Below, one piece after another: positions 38,276 through 51,085 of a DNA stretch of 64,000 bases (positions are counted from its first letter, which is position 1; each line of letters opens with the position of its first letter). Under the pieces are notes generated by a model that saw only the letters and a program-made list of their open reading frames with translations, was not told the DNA's origin and did no database searches. The position numbers were made by a program, and so were the translations under genes. Source of the DNA: Malacoraja senta (Eukaryota); the NCBI GenBank assembly GCA_038087875.1, contig CM075989.1, positions 2,356,001-2,420,000 of the forward strand, read 5' to 3'.

Positions 38276-38996
38276 GTGCTATGGTGTTATTGTGCCGTGC
38301 AACTTTTCTATTAATCCATTCAAGGAAAAACAGTACATGCTTTGAAAGAGCATTGTTTAGTTTAGTTTAGCTTTGAGGTACCGTGTGGAAACAGGCCCTT
38401 CAGCCTCCAGAGTCCGTGCCGACCAGCGATCACCCGTACACTAGCACTATCCTTTACACTAGGGCCAATTTTACAGAACCAATTAACCTACAAACCCACA
38501 CGTCTTTGGAATGTACCCGGAGCACCCGGAGAAAACCCATGCAGTCACGGGGATAACGTACAAACTATGTACATGCCTCTATACAGTGGCACAGCGGTAG
38601 AGTTGCTGCCTTACCAGGGACCCGGGTTCAATCCTGACTACGGGTGCTGTCAAACTGTACAGTTAGCACCCATAGTCAGGATCGAACCCGGGTCTCTGGC
38701 GCTGTAAGGCAGCAACTCTACCACTGCGCCACCTTGCCGCCCATTTAGTACTTTGCTTTTGTCGTTTTCATTCACGTTCTTTGGGAGTTTACCCAGATTT
38801 AAAGTGATCAGTTGAGGTACAGATTCATCCTCACCCTGTTTGTACCCTTTCTGTTGAAAGTATTTACTCAGACAGTTTTCTGCCTCCTCTCTGGAGCAAG
38901 GCTTCATTGGCCATTGTTTCCGTTCGAAGTAACGTTTTACCAAACGCGGCTCTTGATGGTTTATCATCTTCCTTAACAACATACCACCACAACAGG

Positions 38997-39308
38997 GGTG
39001 GCACATTGGCACAGCGGTAGAGTTTCTGCCTTACAGCACCAGAGACCCAGGTTCGATCCTGACTACGGGTGCTGTCTCTACATGCTCCACGTTTGTACGT
39101 GCTCCATGTTGGGTTTTCTCCGGGTGCTCCGGTTTCACCCCACACTCCAAAGATGTACAGGTTTGTATGTTAATTGGCTTGGTATAATTGTAAATTGTCC
39201 CTAGTGTGTGTAGGATAGTGTTAGTGTGTGGGGTTAGTGCTCAGACATGGTGGGCCAAAGGGCATGTTTCCGCACTGTATCTCTAATCTAAACTAAACTA
39301 AACTAAAC
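38997..39308 (+). mobile_element. Full-length SINE
   Basis: A/B boxes, body, (ACTAA)n. Confidence 0.88.
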
Positions 39309-40540
39309 AAACTTGGCCTCACAGTTTCTGTGCCTAATCCCTCTCTCTGCCACTTTCTCTGTAACTTAACCTGAAATGTTAACTCTGTTCCTCTTTCCAC
39401 AAACGCTATCTGAGAATTTTCTGCATTTTCGGATTTTATTTCATTTTTTTCAGCAGTTGTATTTTTTTGATATTCGTTCCCTATCGATGATAGTGTCCAG
39501 CTGGTTTAAACCGAAGATAGACACAAGATACTGGAGTAACTCAACGGGTCAGGCAGCATCTCTGGAGAAAAGGAATAGGTGACATTTCAGGTCGTGACCC
39601 TTCCTGTGATGGAAGTAAGCATGAGCAACCATGTTGGCCAAACCCCTCACTAACCTAAGAGCTCCTTTGGATGATCACTTTGATGGATTAATTGAACATG
39701 GGGCATGGAAACAGGCCCTTCGGCCCACCAAGTCCACGCCAACCAACAATCATCCGTTCTATATTGTCCCACTCTCTCATCCACTCCCTGCACACTGGGG
39801 ACTATTTACAGCATCCAATTAGCCTACAAGCCCGTATGTCTTTGAAGTGTGGGAGGAAACTGAAGCAGCCGGAGGAAACCCACATGGTCACAGGGAGAAC
39901 GTACAAACTCCACACAGACAGCACCCGAGGTCAGGATTGCACCTGGGTCTCTGGCATCGTGAGGCAGCAGCTCTACAAGCTGTACCACTGTGCCACCAGT
40001 GATTTTTTTTAATCAAATGGATGAGCTATACACATTTGTGAGCTTAATATTTTTGTTTTCCAATGTTACTGTAGTCTTGTCAGAAAGAATCAAAGACCTT
40101 TCCAAGGTTCCAATGGCAACTAATGCAACATTTCAAAGCACGTCCTAAAATAGAGGGCACCTATTGAGAATGGAACATTTACAAAACGTACATTAGTAAG
40201 GAGATGGGTCACAACTGGATAGAGTATGACCAAAGGCAAATGTATATATAAGAGTAGATGAACATGAAGAGCTGGGGGAACTCATCGGTCAGGCAGCTTG
40301 TGTGGAGGGAATGCCTCCTCCCGTGGAGTTCCTCCAGCACTTTTGTGCTTTTCTCGTGATTCCAGCATCTGCAGTTCCTTTTGTCCCCAAGAGCAGATCA
40401 AGCCTCGGGTTTATAAGTGTGTAGGCTTAATGGAATGGGAGATAAACACAAAAAGCTGGAGTAACTCAATGGGTCATAAGGTCATGTCACAAGGAATAGG
40501 AGTAGAATTAGGCCATTCGGCCCATCCACATGTAAGCAAT

Positions 40541-41515
40541 TCAAAGTAACATTAGCAAATTTCAAAGTAACATTAGCAAATTTGCAGATGACACAAAGCT
40601 GGGTGGCAGTGTGAACTGTGAGGAGGATGCTATGAGAATGCAAGGTAACTTGGACAGGTTAGGGGAGTGGGCAGATGCACGGCAGATGAAGTTTAATGCG
40701 GATAAATGTGAGTTTATCCACTTTGGTAGCAAAAACAGGAAGGCAGATTAATATCTAAATGGCGTCAAGTTGGGAAAATGGGAAGTACAACGGGATCTGG
40801 GGGTCCTTGTACATCAGTCGATGAAAGTAAGCATGCAGGTGCAGCAGGCAGTGAAGAAAGCGAATGGCATGTTGGCCTTTATAACAAGAGGAATTGAATA
40901 TAGGAGCAAAGAGGTCCTTCTGCAGTTGTACAGAGCCCTAGTGAGACCACAACTGGAGTATTGTGTGCAATTTTGGTCCCCTAATTTGAGGAAGGGCATT
41001 CTTGCTATTGAGGGAGTGCAGCGTAGGTTTACAAGGTTAATTCCCGGGATGGCGGGACTGTCATATGCTGAGAGAATGGAGCAGCTGGGCTTGTACACTC
41101 TGGAGTTTAGAAGGATGAGAGGGCATCTCATTGAAACATATAAGATTGTTAAGGGTTTGGACACGCTAGAGGTAGGAAACATGTTCCAGATGTTGGGGGA
41201 GTCCAGAACCAGCGGCCACAGTTTAAGAATAAGGAGTAAGCCATTTAGAACGGAGACGAGGAAACACTTTTTCTCACAGAGAGTGGTGAGTCTGTGGAAT
41301 TCTCTGCCTCAGAGGGCGGTGGAGGCAGGTTCTCTGGATGCTTTCAAGAGAGAGCTAGATAGGGCTCTTAAAAATAGCGGAGTCAGGGGATATGGGGAGA
41401 AGGCAGGAACGGGGATTGGGGATGATCAGCCATGATCACATTGAATGGCGGTGCTGGCTCGAAGGGCCAAATGGCCTGCTCCTGCACCTATTGTCTATTG
41501 TCTATTGTCTATTGT
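40541..41515 (+). mobile_element. CR1 LINE, 5'-truncated (RT C-terminal part)
   Basis: SKFADDTKLGG...; ORF 40770..41435; (ATTGTCT)n tail; short tandem duplication at the 5' end. Confidence 0.95.
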
Positions 41516-41832
41516 CAATGTGGACCTGTGGAAAAGAACAAGCCAGGAGCCCATTGACTTACAAATTCGAAGGAGAAAATGGAGTTGAATTGGACACGCC
41601 CTCAGGAAACCTGCCACAAACATCACCTGGCAAGCCCTGAAATGGAACCCCCAAGGAAAAAGGAAAAGAGGTCGCCGCAGGAACAGCTGGAGAAGAGGTG
41701 TCCAGACAGAAATGTCTGAGAGTGGGCTCAAATAGGGAGATCTCGAAAGAACTGCCAACAACCGGGTGAGGTGGAGGACATTTGTCAAAGGCCTATGCTA
41801 CCTAGAAGAGCAAAGGGCTTAAGAAGAAGAAG
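41516..41832 (+). mobile_element. RTE-clade LINE 3' fragment
   Basis: DLWKRTSQEPI...ALKWNPQGKRKRGRRRNSWRR, (AAG)n tail. Confidence 0.85.
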
Positions 41833-42439
41833 ATTCACCCCATCAAGTCTACTCCACCATGGCTGATCTATCTCTCCCTCCTAATCCCATTCTCTTGCCT
41901 TCTCCCCATAATCTCTGACACCTGTACTAATGAAGAATGAAGAGGGTCAGACAGCATCTCTGGAGAAAAGGAATAGGTGACGTTTCGTGTCGAGACTCTT
42001 CTTCAGATGGGAATGGATGCATGGATGTTACAAAGAACAAGGGCCCTGTAGTCATGAGCCATGATATTAACAAACAGAGCATGTAGGCAGAGTGCGGTAA
42101 TGGAATCACAGAGAAACTGTATATAGTCCCGTCAAAGTGTTTTATGCTACTGCCATAGAGGCAAATGTGGATCTAAATACTTATGCTGCAAATTCAGTCA
42201 GAGGTGGCAGATGTTAAATATAATATTTACTCTAGTTTAAGCAGATGTGTTTGTGAAATGTTGGCATATTTGCAGAAAAAAAGGATTAACAGCTTGAACA
42301 TTGAGAATGTGAGCAGTTAGCTATTACATAAATTATACGTTTTTTATAATCTAAATGAAAATCAAATGTCAAAACGTAACCAGAGGATAGTCATACCTAG
42401 GTTCTATAGCACAAAGTATTGAACAAACTCGCTATGTGC

Positions 42440-43400
42440 ATCTCTCATAACCTCATCTACTGCATTTGATGTGGTCTTCTGTACATCGGCGAGACCAAGC
42501 GTAAATTAGGCACTTACAAACACTTACACTCTGCCTGACAAGGCCTACTGGATCACCATTGCTGAAGTCTGAAGTCTGAAGAAGGGTCTCGTCCAGAAAC
42601 ATCACTCATTCCTTCTATCCTAAGATATTGCCTGTCCCACTGAGTTACTCCAGCATTTTGTGTCTATCTGCATTGCTAACCATTTTCATAGGTTCATAAA
42701 TTCATAAGTACTCGGAACAGAATTAGGCCATTTGGCCCATCAAGTCTACTCTGCCATTCAATCATGGCTGATCTATCTCTCCTTCCTAACCCCATTCTCC
42801 TGCCTTCTCCCCATAAACCCTGACAATCCATACTAATCAAGAATCTATCTATCTCTGCTTAGAAATATCCATTGGTTTGGCACCCACAGCCTTCTATGGC
42901 AATGAGTTCCACAGATTCACCACCCTCTGACAAAATTAATTCCTCCTTATCTCCTTCCTAAAGGGACGTTCTTTAATTCTGACGCTGTGTCCTCTGGTCC
43001 TAGACTCTCCCACGAGTGGAAACATCCTCTCCACATCCACTCAATCCAGGCCTTTCACTATTCTGTACGTTGCAATGAGGTACCCCCTCATCCTTCTAAA
43101 CTCCAGCGAGTACAGGCCCAGTGCTGTCTTATGTTAACGCTCTCATTCCTGGGATAATTCTCGTAAACCCCCTCTGGACCATCTCCAGAGCCAGCACACC
43201 CCTCCTTAGACACAGAAATCTGAAAATCTGAGTTCCAAATGTAATTCCCCTTCCGTTTCCCATACTGACCTTCCTGTCCGGGACCTCCTCCGTCACCAGA
43301 CTGGGATCACACACAATCTGGAGGTACAACACCTCATATTTTAATTGGGTAGCTTAGAACCCAATGGTTTGATGATTGAATACTTGAATTTCTCCTAATA
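42440..43400 (+). mobile_element. Old Penelope GIY-YIG fragment interrupted by a pLTR (CATTGCT duplication) and a minus-strand CR1 (about 42687-43213)
   Basis: LYIGETKR at about 42478; the C-terminal part resumes at about 43242. Confidence 0.75.
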
Positions 43401-45814
43401 TGCCCCTCCCACTCCAACCAAATCCTCCTCTTCCCCCCTGCCCCAAACCCCAAGCACACAGCTTTCTCACATTATCTCAGTCACCTTGCTTCTCTCCCCT
43501 CCTTCATTTGCACACCCCCCATTCCTGAGTGCTACATTTGCCCTTCACCCCCTCCCTCCTGTCCCCATCCATCCATAACCCCCCCTATGGATGTACATTT
43601 CACTCCTCCTTTCAATGATGCCCCCCCCATCTCTAACCGTTGTCACTTACTCCACCCATCTGCCAATGTACCTCCCCTCCCCACCTGTATCCACCTCTCA
43701 CTTGCCAGGCTTTATCCTGCCCTTTTCCAGCTTTCTCCCCTGCCGCAATCAGTGTGAAGAAGGATCCTGACCCGAAACGTCACCAGTCCATTCCCTCCAC
43801 AGATGTTGCTCGACCTGTTCAGTTCTAACTTCAAGTAACCCTTGCAACCCTCTCTCTCCGCCCCTCCCCACCCAATAGACAATAGACAATAGACAATAGA
43901 CAATAGATGCAGGAGAAGGCCATTCGGCCCTTCGAGCCAGCACCGCCATTCAATGTGATCATGGCTGATCATCCAAGTCGTTGACTAGCTTAACTTAACA
44001 ATGACCTGTCCCCTTTACCATCGTTGCTTTTTTGCATAACGTCCATTCATTTGTTCTATATCTCTCAACATCACTGTCTATATCCCCTGTTTCCCTTTCT
44101 CCTGACTCCGAGTTTGAAGAAGCGTCTCAACCCGAAACATCATCTCTTCTTCTTTGCTCCAGTGATGCTGTCTGACCTGCTGTAATCCAGCTTTTTATGT
44201 TTAAGAAAGAACTGCAGATGCAGGAAAAATCGAAGGTAGACAAAAAGCTGGAGAAACTCAGCTGGACAGGCAGCATCTGTGGAGCGAAGGAATGGGTGAC
44301 GTTTCGGGTCGAGACCATTCTTCAAACTCGGAGTCAGGGGAAAGGAGTCTGAAGAAGGGTCTCGACCCGAAACATCACCCATTCCTTCGCTCCATAGATG
44401 CTGCCTCACTCGCTGAGTTTCTCCAGATTTTGTCCACCTTCCAGCTATTTATGTCTATCTTGAGTTTCTCCAACAGATTTTTATTTGCTCAAGATTCCTA
44501 CATCTGTGGTTCCTTGCATCTTGTCTATTCTCCATTTGTCTTTGCTTTGCTCTTTCTTCAAATCCCAGCCTGCTTCTCATATCCTGATTCACTACTTGAG
44601 TTTTTCACAGAGGCTTTATTGCTCCAGAAAGATTCTCAAGACAAGTCAAGAGAGTTTATTGTAATGTGTCCCAGATAGGACAATGAAATCCTTCTTGTTT
44701 ATTTGAGATTCTGTGGTGATAAAGTTTGCAGGCTGGAGCTTTGATCTAAACCCATTACGCTGACAGATATTGCATCTTCTGTAAGGCAGCAGGAATTAGT
44801 TGCTGGGGTTGGCAGGGTGAGATCCAGTAAATATTGGCCCAGGTAGCAACCTATTAATCTGGATGCAGAAGATTCAAGGTGAGCGTTCTCTTACATCAGT
44901 AATGGACAAGACATTAGAGGACCAAGGAAAGGATACTACTGTCAAATGAGCTTGAAGAAAACAGGAGAAAACACAAGAATACACAAAGACCTGAAAGGAT
45001 GCCATAGCATTTGATTTCAGCCACAATAAACATTCAGGAGGCATTTTCAATTTGCAAGGAAATCGTATCCTGTTTTATTATACAACTGAAAAAATGGCCT
45101 TGTGAACAAAATTGAACAGAAAATTGCACTCGGGAGTCTGCTGTGAACGGAATCTCTTCCGTAGCTCTTAACTGGATGATGGAGGAGTGCTGGCCTTCCA
45201 ATCAGCCCCACATGTACAAACGTGAGCAGCCTCTATCCCTGTGCTTTACCTCGACAATAGAGATGACTCCCATGCATTGGGTCTCAGCATCAACAATCCC
45301 CCGAAGATTCAGCAACGTTTCTTAAACTGCTCCTTGAACTGACTTGCACAACGATAATCCTCCCTCAGCCATACAACACTATGGACCGCCCTTACAATAC
45401 CATAGATCGGCGTTTTAATTAGTTTAGTTTATTGTCACACGCACTAAGGTATAGTGAAACGCATTTTTGTTGCGTGCTATCCAGTCACCAGATAGACTAT
45501 GCATAGCTACAATCCACAGTGCACAGATACAGGCTAAAGGGAATAATGGTGTAGGGAGGAACCGCAGACACTAGTTTAAACCAAAGACAGACACAAAATG
45601 CTGGAGTAACTCAGCGGGACAGGGAGAATCTCTGGAAAGAAGGAATGGATGTTCCTTCTATCCAAAGATGCTGCCTGTCCCACTGAGTTACTCCAACATT
45701 TTGTGTCTATAAAGGGAGTAATGTTTAGTGCAAGATAAAGTCCAGTAAGGTCCAATTAAAGATGGTGTGAGAGTCTCCAATGAGATAGATGTAGCTCAGG
45801 ACCGCTCTCTAGTT

Positions 45815-46160
45815 CTGGACAATACAGCTCACCCCCTCCATCACACACTGGTCAACCTGAGGAGCACCTTCAGCAACAGACTGGTTCCACCAAGATGCAG
45901 CACAGAACACCACAGGAGATCCTTCTTCCCAGTGGTTATCAAACTGTACAACTCCTCCCCCTTCTGTCGTGGGGTAGACTGAGACTGACTCCCGCATCTT
46001 CCCCCCCCCCCCCCCCAGTCTTTGCACATCCCCAATCCATTCCACTCGTCACTTTAATTTCATGTTTCATGTATTTGGTATTTTTGTGTTTTTATGACTT
46101 TTTATGGCAGATCAATTTTCCTCCTGGGATAAATAAAGTTCTATCATATTGTATCGTATC
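45815..46160 (+). mobile_element. Rex1/Babar-like 3' fragment
   Basis: LDNTAHPLHHTL...RRSFFPVVIKLYN, GATAAATAAAG plus (GTATC)n tail. Confidence 0.8.
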
Positions 46161-47709
46161 GTATTGTCTTTCCGCTGACTGGTTAGCACACAACAAAAGC
46201 TTTTCACTGTACCTCGGTACACGTGACAATAGACTAAACTGGAAACTGGAGACTGTAAATTTGTTCTTGTCATATATACGCCTGGCAATGGAACAATGAA
46301 ATTCTTACTTGCAGCGACACAACAGGCCTGTTAACACAATAACATAAATAATATATTTTTATTTAAACAAATTTAATCTAACAAAAATGTAACAAATTAA
46401 TAATCCCAATACTAGTGCCAACAACTCCAGGTCCTTAGTGCAATCAAAGACAGTCCAAAGAAGTTTATAGTTGATATTAGTGTTGTGTTCAAGAGGCTGA
46501 TGTTCGTTGGGAAGATGCTATTCTTCAAGCTAGTGGTTACCGCAGGTATTGCAGATCGCAGGGCTTGGTATCTTTCATGATCATATCCTTCTGCTAAACT
46601 TCAAGTCTGGTAATGAGACTCTGCTGTCACCATGCTGACACTTTCTACCATATCCCAGCTGAACCTTCCCTCCATCAACCACGTTGTCCTTCCACCCACT
46701 GTCCCAAACATTCTTACAGAGGGTCCTCTTCTGGACCATCTCCAACGGCAGTTCATCTCTCCTCAGATATGGGGCACAAAACTGCTCACAGTACTCCAAA
46801 TGTCATCTGACCTGTGCCTTATAAAACCTTAACATTACATATGAGGTCGTAGGAAGACACAGAACCAATCCGAAGAAGGGTATCGACCTGATACATCACC
46901 CATTCCTTCTCTCCAGAGATGCTGCCTGTCTCACTGAGTTACTCCAGCATTTTGTGTCTATCTTCAGTTTAAACCAGCATCTGCAGTTTCTTCCTACACT
47001 AATGAAAGAGTTTGAATAAGGGTTCCTTAAATAGAACAGGGCAGAAGAAAGAGGCTTTGTAAACCATGATACTTCAAACTAGAGACAGGTTGTCCAACGA
47101 AGGTCGTAGACCTAGAGAAACACATACCGGCACTTTTCTCCAGTTCCAGCAATCGTACAGAATGAATTTAGCCCAGACTCGGTCATCACAAATGAAGGGT
47201 GCTATCATGCTTTAAAGATAGATAGTCCTTGGTGACTTTCTTTTAAAAAGAAGGAACGAGATACCTTCACCCTCAAATTGTAAAGGAAACCCTGAACAAG
47301 AATGACATTTTAAACTTGCAAGATGCCCAAGAGGGGAATAAAATATAAAATACATTGAACAAAATCCATTCATAAAATCCCTCATGGTAGGCTGATGTTA
47401 AAGATTTCAGTAACTCCATTGCCATTTCTACACCCATTATCGTAGCTGATCTGTATCCCGCTGTATACGTTGACACCAGCAATCTTGGTGTCTTCTGCAT
47501 ATTTACTAACCAACCCATCTACATTTAAGTGCAAGTGTTTTATGTTTATCACTAACATCCGACTAATGTCTCTGCTCTGGAAGATCTGGCAGTTCCCACA
47601 GTGAACCAAAGTGGAAGGGATGCAAGTCATCCTCGATCCCAAGGGAGTCAAAGAAGAACAGATGCCTGATCAACGCTCTAACTACAACAATGTCACCAAG
47701 ACAGCACAA

Positions 47710-48035
47710 GCCGTGCACAGTGGTACAGCTGTTAAATCTGTTGTCTCACAGCACGAGAGACCCAGGATCAATCCTGACCTTGGGTGCTATCTGTGTTCAG
47801 ATTACACGTTCTCCCTGTGGCTATGTGGGTTTCCTCTGGGCTCTCCAGGTTCCTCCCACATCCCAAAGGCATGCGGGATTTAAGGTTAATTGATCCCTCT
47901 AAATTTCCCACAGTGTATGAGGGAGTGGATGAGAAAGTGGGATGACATAGATCTAGTATGAACGGGTGATGGATGGCCAGTGTGGACTCGGTGGGCCGAA
48001 GGGCCTGTTTCCGTGCTGCATCTTTCAATCAATCA
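47710..48035 (+). mobile_element. Older SINE subfamily with (TCAA)n tail
   Basis: Degenerate head and body; CR1-like tail GTGGGCCGAAGGGCCTGTTTCC. Confidence 0.75.
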
Positions 48036-49196
48036 GTCCTCAATTAATGGTCCAATTATTGAAATATCCTGGTATTTCACAGGATATTTGAAAAAATATC
48101 AGGTTTAGACAGTAGTAATTCCCGTACACAGTGACAATCCAACAGAGCAAATATCAACTACCAGTGACAACTCCCAGATTGAAAATTAACTCCATTCCTT
48201 CCAATGATTTCTCTGATGGATTGTCATACCATCATTTGCTTCTTCTTTATAACCTTATAAAGAGGTTACACTATTTCCATTGTGAGTATAAATATTAATA
48301 TCAGTTTATTTAGAGAATTAAATAGATGTGGGTTGAGACAATCTAATGGAAACGTTGAAAATTAATAGGTTTCAGGGGTTGAAAAAGAAAGGATTATTTC
48401 TCCGGGTTGGTAAATTGTCAATGAGTTCGAAACCAAACAAACTCGGCAGAACTAGCACAAGGGGACAGTTTTGAAATGATGTTTTCACATAAAGAATATG
48501 AAATGTATTAGCACAAGTAGTGATTGAAACAGATTCAATCATGCAATATAAGTGGGAATTAAATAATGTTAGAAGAAAAAGATGTTCAAAGCTGAAGAGG
48601 AAATATAAGAGAGTGGGATTAGTGTAGATACAGTAACTGTCATGTACTTTACTGAACAACCTCTTTTCAACTGCATTTGCTAGTTCTGGGCATTTATTCA
48701 AATCTTGCTTTTATAACACTAATCTCACATGAATAAAACAAAATTGTCAATCTTCGGTAGATTAAAGCACAACAGATTAGAAAGACCATCATATGTTCTT
48801 GCGGTAATCTTACAGCAATGAAACATGAGCAATATGAATGTTGGGGAAATCTCTTCCAATTGTCAATGCACTACATAGCCACGCTGGGTTCATTCAATCA
48901 ATGCATGTGTTGGGCAACATTCCACTGCAGTAATCGGAGTCAGATGTCCAACTTACATAACATTGCTTCACCTTGTGCACTCTCGGCCATTACATTATCC
49001 TTCCATTCCCGTTTTTACGTCTGTGCAATTCGTAAGAAAATTAAGGAGATTTGCTGTTGGTAATTCCAAAGCTCTTGCAAGATTCCCGGAAGGGCCCTGC
49101 ATCTGAACCTGAGCTCTGGCAATTAATCAGAACCGACTCCAATAATCAGCCGGCAATCTATCTATCAAACACATGTGCACGGGAGAGTGGTTTGTT

Positions 49197-51085
49197 TCCA
49201 TCCTGTACAAAGGAGGGAACCAAATACCTAGTGGCCAGAGGACCTAGGGTGACGGAGGAGCTGAAGGAAATCCACATTTGGCAGGAAATGGTGTTGGGTA
49301 GACTAATGGGACTGAAGGCTGATAAATCCCCAGGGCCTGATGGTCCGCATCCCAGGGTACTTAAGGAAGTGGACGCATTGGTGATCATTTTCCAATGTTC
49401 TATAGATACAGGATCAGTTCCTGTGGATTGGAGGGTAGCTAATGTTATCCCACTTTTTCAGAAAGGAGGGAGAGAGAAAACAGGGAATTATAGACCAGTT
49501 AGCCTGACATCGGTGGTGGGGAAGATGCTGGAGTCAATTATAAAAGATGAGATAGCCGAACATTTGGATAGCAGTAACAGGATCGGTCCGAGTCAACATG
49601 GATTTACGAAGGGGAAATCATGCTTGACTAATCTTCTGGAATTTTTTGAGGATGTAACTAGGAAAATGGACAAGGGAGAGCCAGTGGATGTAGTGTACCT
49701 GGACTTTCAGAAAGCCTTTGATAAGGTCCCACACAGGAGATTAGTGGGGAAAATTAGAGCACATGGTATTGGGGGTAGAGTGCTGACAAGGATACAAAGA
49801 GTAGGGATTGGTTGGCAGACAGGAAACAAAGAGTAGGGATTAACGGGTCCCTTTCAGAATGGCAGGCAGTGACTAGTGGGGTACTGCAAGGCTCGGTGCT
49901 GGGACCGCAGCTATTTACAATATATATTAATGATTTAGATGAAGGGATTCAAAGTAACATTAGCATATTTGCAGATGACACAAAGCTGGGTGGCAGTGTG
50001 AACTGTGAGGAGGATGCTATGAGGATGCAGGGTGACTTGGACAGGTTGGGTGAGTGGGCAGATGCATGGCAGATGCAGTTTAATGTGGATAAATGTGAGG
50101 TTATCCACTTTGATGGCAAGAACAGGAAGGCAGATTATTATCTAAATAGCGTCGTTGGGAAAAGGGGAAGTACAACAGGATCTGGGTGTCCGTTTCATCA
50201 ATACGCATGCAGGTACAGCAGGCAGTGAAGAAAGCTAATGGCATGTTGGTCTTCATAACAAGAGGAGTTGAGCATAGGAGCAAAGAGGTCCTTCTGCAGT
50301 TGTACGGTGCCCTAGTGAGACCACACCTGGAATATTGTGTACAGTTTTGGTCTCCAAATTTGAGGAAGGACAGTCTTGCTATTGAGGGAGTGCAGCGTAG
50401 GTTCACGAGGTTAATTAACGGATGGCTGGACTATCATATGTTTAAAAAATGGAATGACTGGACTTGTATACACTGGAATTTAGAAGGATGAGAGGAGATC
50501 TTATTGAAACATATAAGATTATTAAGGGTACACAAAAATGCTGGAGAAACTCAGCGGGTGCAGCAGCATCTATGGAGCGAAGGAAATAGGTAAAGTTTCG
50601 GGCCGAAACCCTTCTTCAGACCCTAGCTCCATAGATGCTGCTGCACCCGCTGAGTTTCTCCAGCATTTTTGTGTGCCTTCGATTTTCCAGCATGTGCAGT
50701 TCCTTCTTTAACAAGATTATTAAGGGATTGGACACGCTAGAGGCAGGAAACATGTACCAGATGTTGGGGGAGTCCAGAACCAGGGGCTACAGTTTAAGAA
50801 TAAGGGGTAAGCCTTTTAGAACAAAGATGAGGAAAAACGTTTTCACCCAGTGAGTTGTGAATCTGTGGAATTCTCTGCCTCAGAAGGCAGTGGAGGCCAA
50901 TTCTCTGGATGCTTTCAAGAGAGAGTTAGATAGAGCTCAAAGATACCGGAGTCAAGGGATATGGGGAGAAGCCAGGAACAGGGTCCTGATTGTGGATGAT
51001 CAGCCATGATCACAGTGAATGGCGGTGCTGACTCGAAGGGCCGAATGGCCTACCCCTGTACCTATTGTCTATTGCCTATTGTCCA
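49197..51085 (+). mobile_element. CR1 LINE, about 1.9 kb 5'-truncated RT pseudogene with frameshifts
   Basis: KSPGPDG, NYRPVSLTS, YLDFQKAFDKVPH, QGSVLGP, IFADDTKL motifs across ORFs 49051, 49812 and 50186. Confidence 0.97.
50529..50712. mobile_element. Inverted pLTR dimer inserted in CR1, 14-bp TSD
   Basis: AAGATTATTAAGGG at 50515-50528 and 50713-50726. Confidence 0.88.

Noticed and set aside
38834..38971. Minus-strand exon candidate (MINHQEPRLVKRYF... or EDDKPSRAAFG...)
   Set aside because: Two competing frames, a weak acceptor, and no consistent phase link to other candidates.
45164..45330. Kinase-like MMEECW exon (+) or TLLNLRGIVDAE exon (-)
   Set aside because: Short, equally plausible on either strand, with no other kinase motifs in the window.
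49051..50491. Intact RT gene or host protein
   Set aside because: Frameshifted, 5'-truncated CR1 relic; the ORF N-terminus is flanking DNA.
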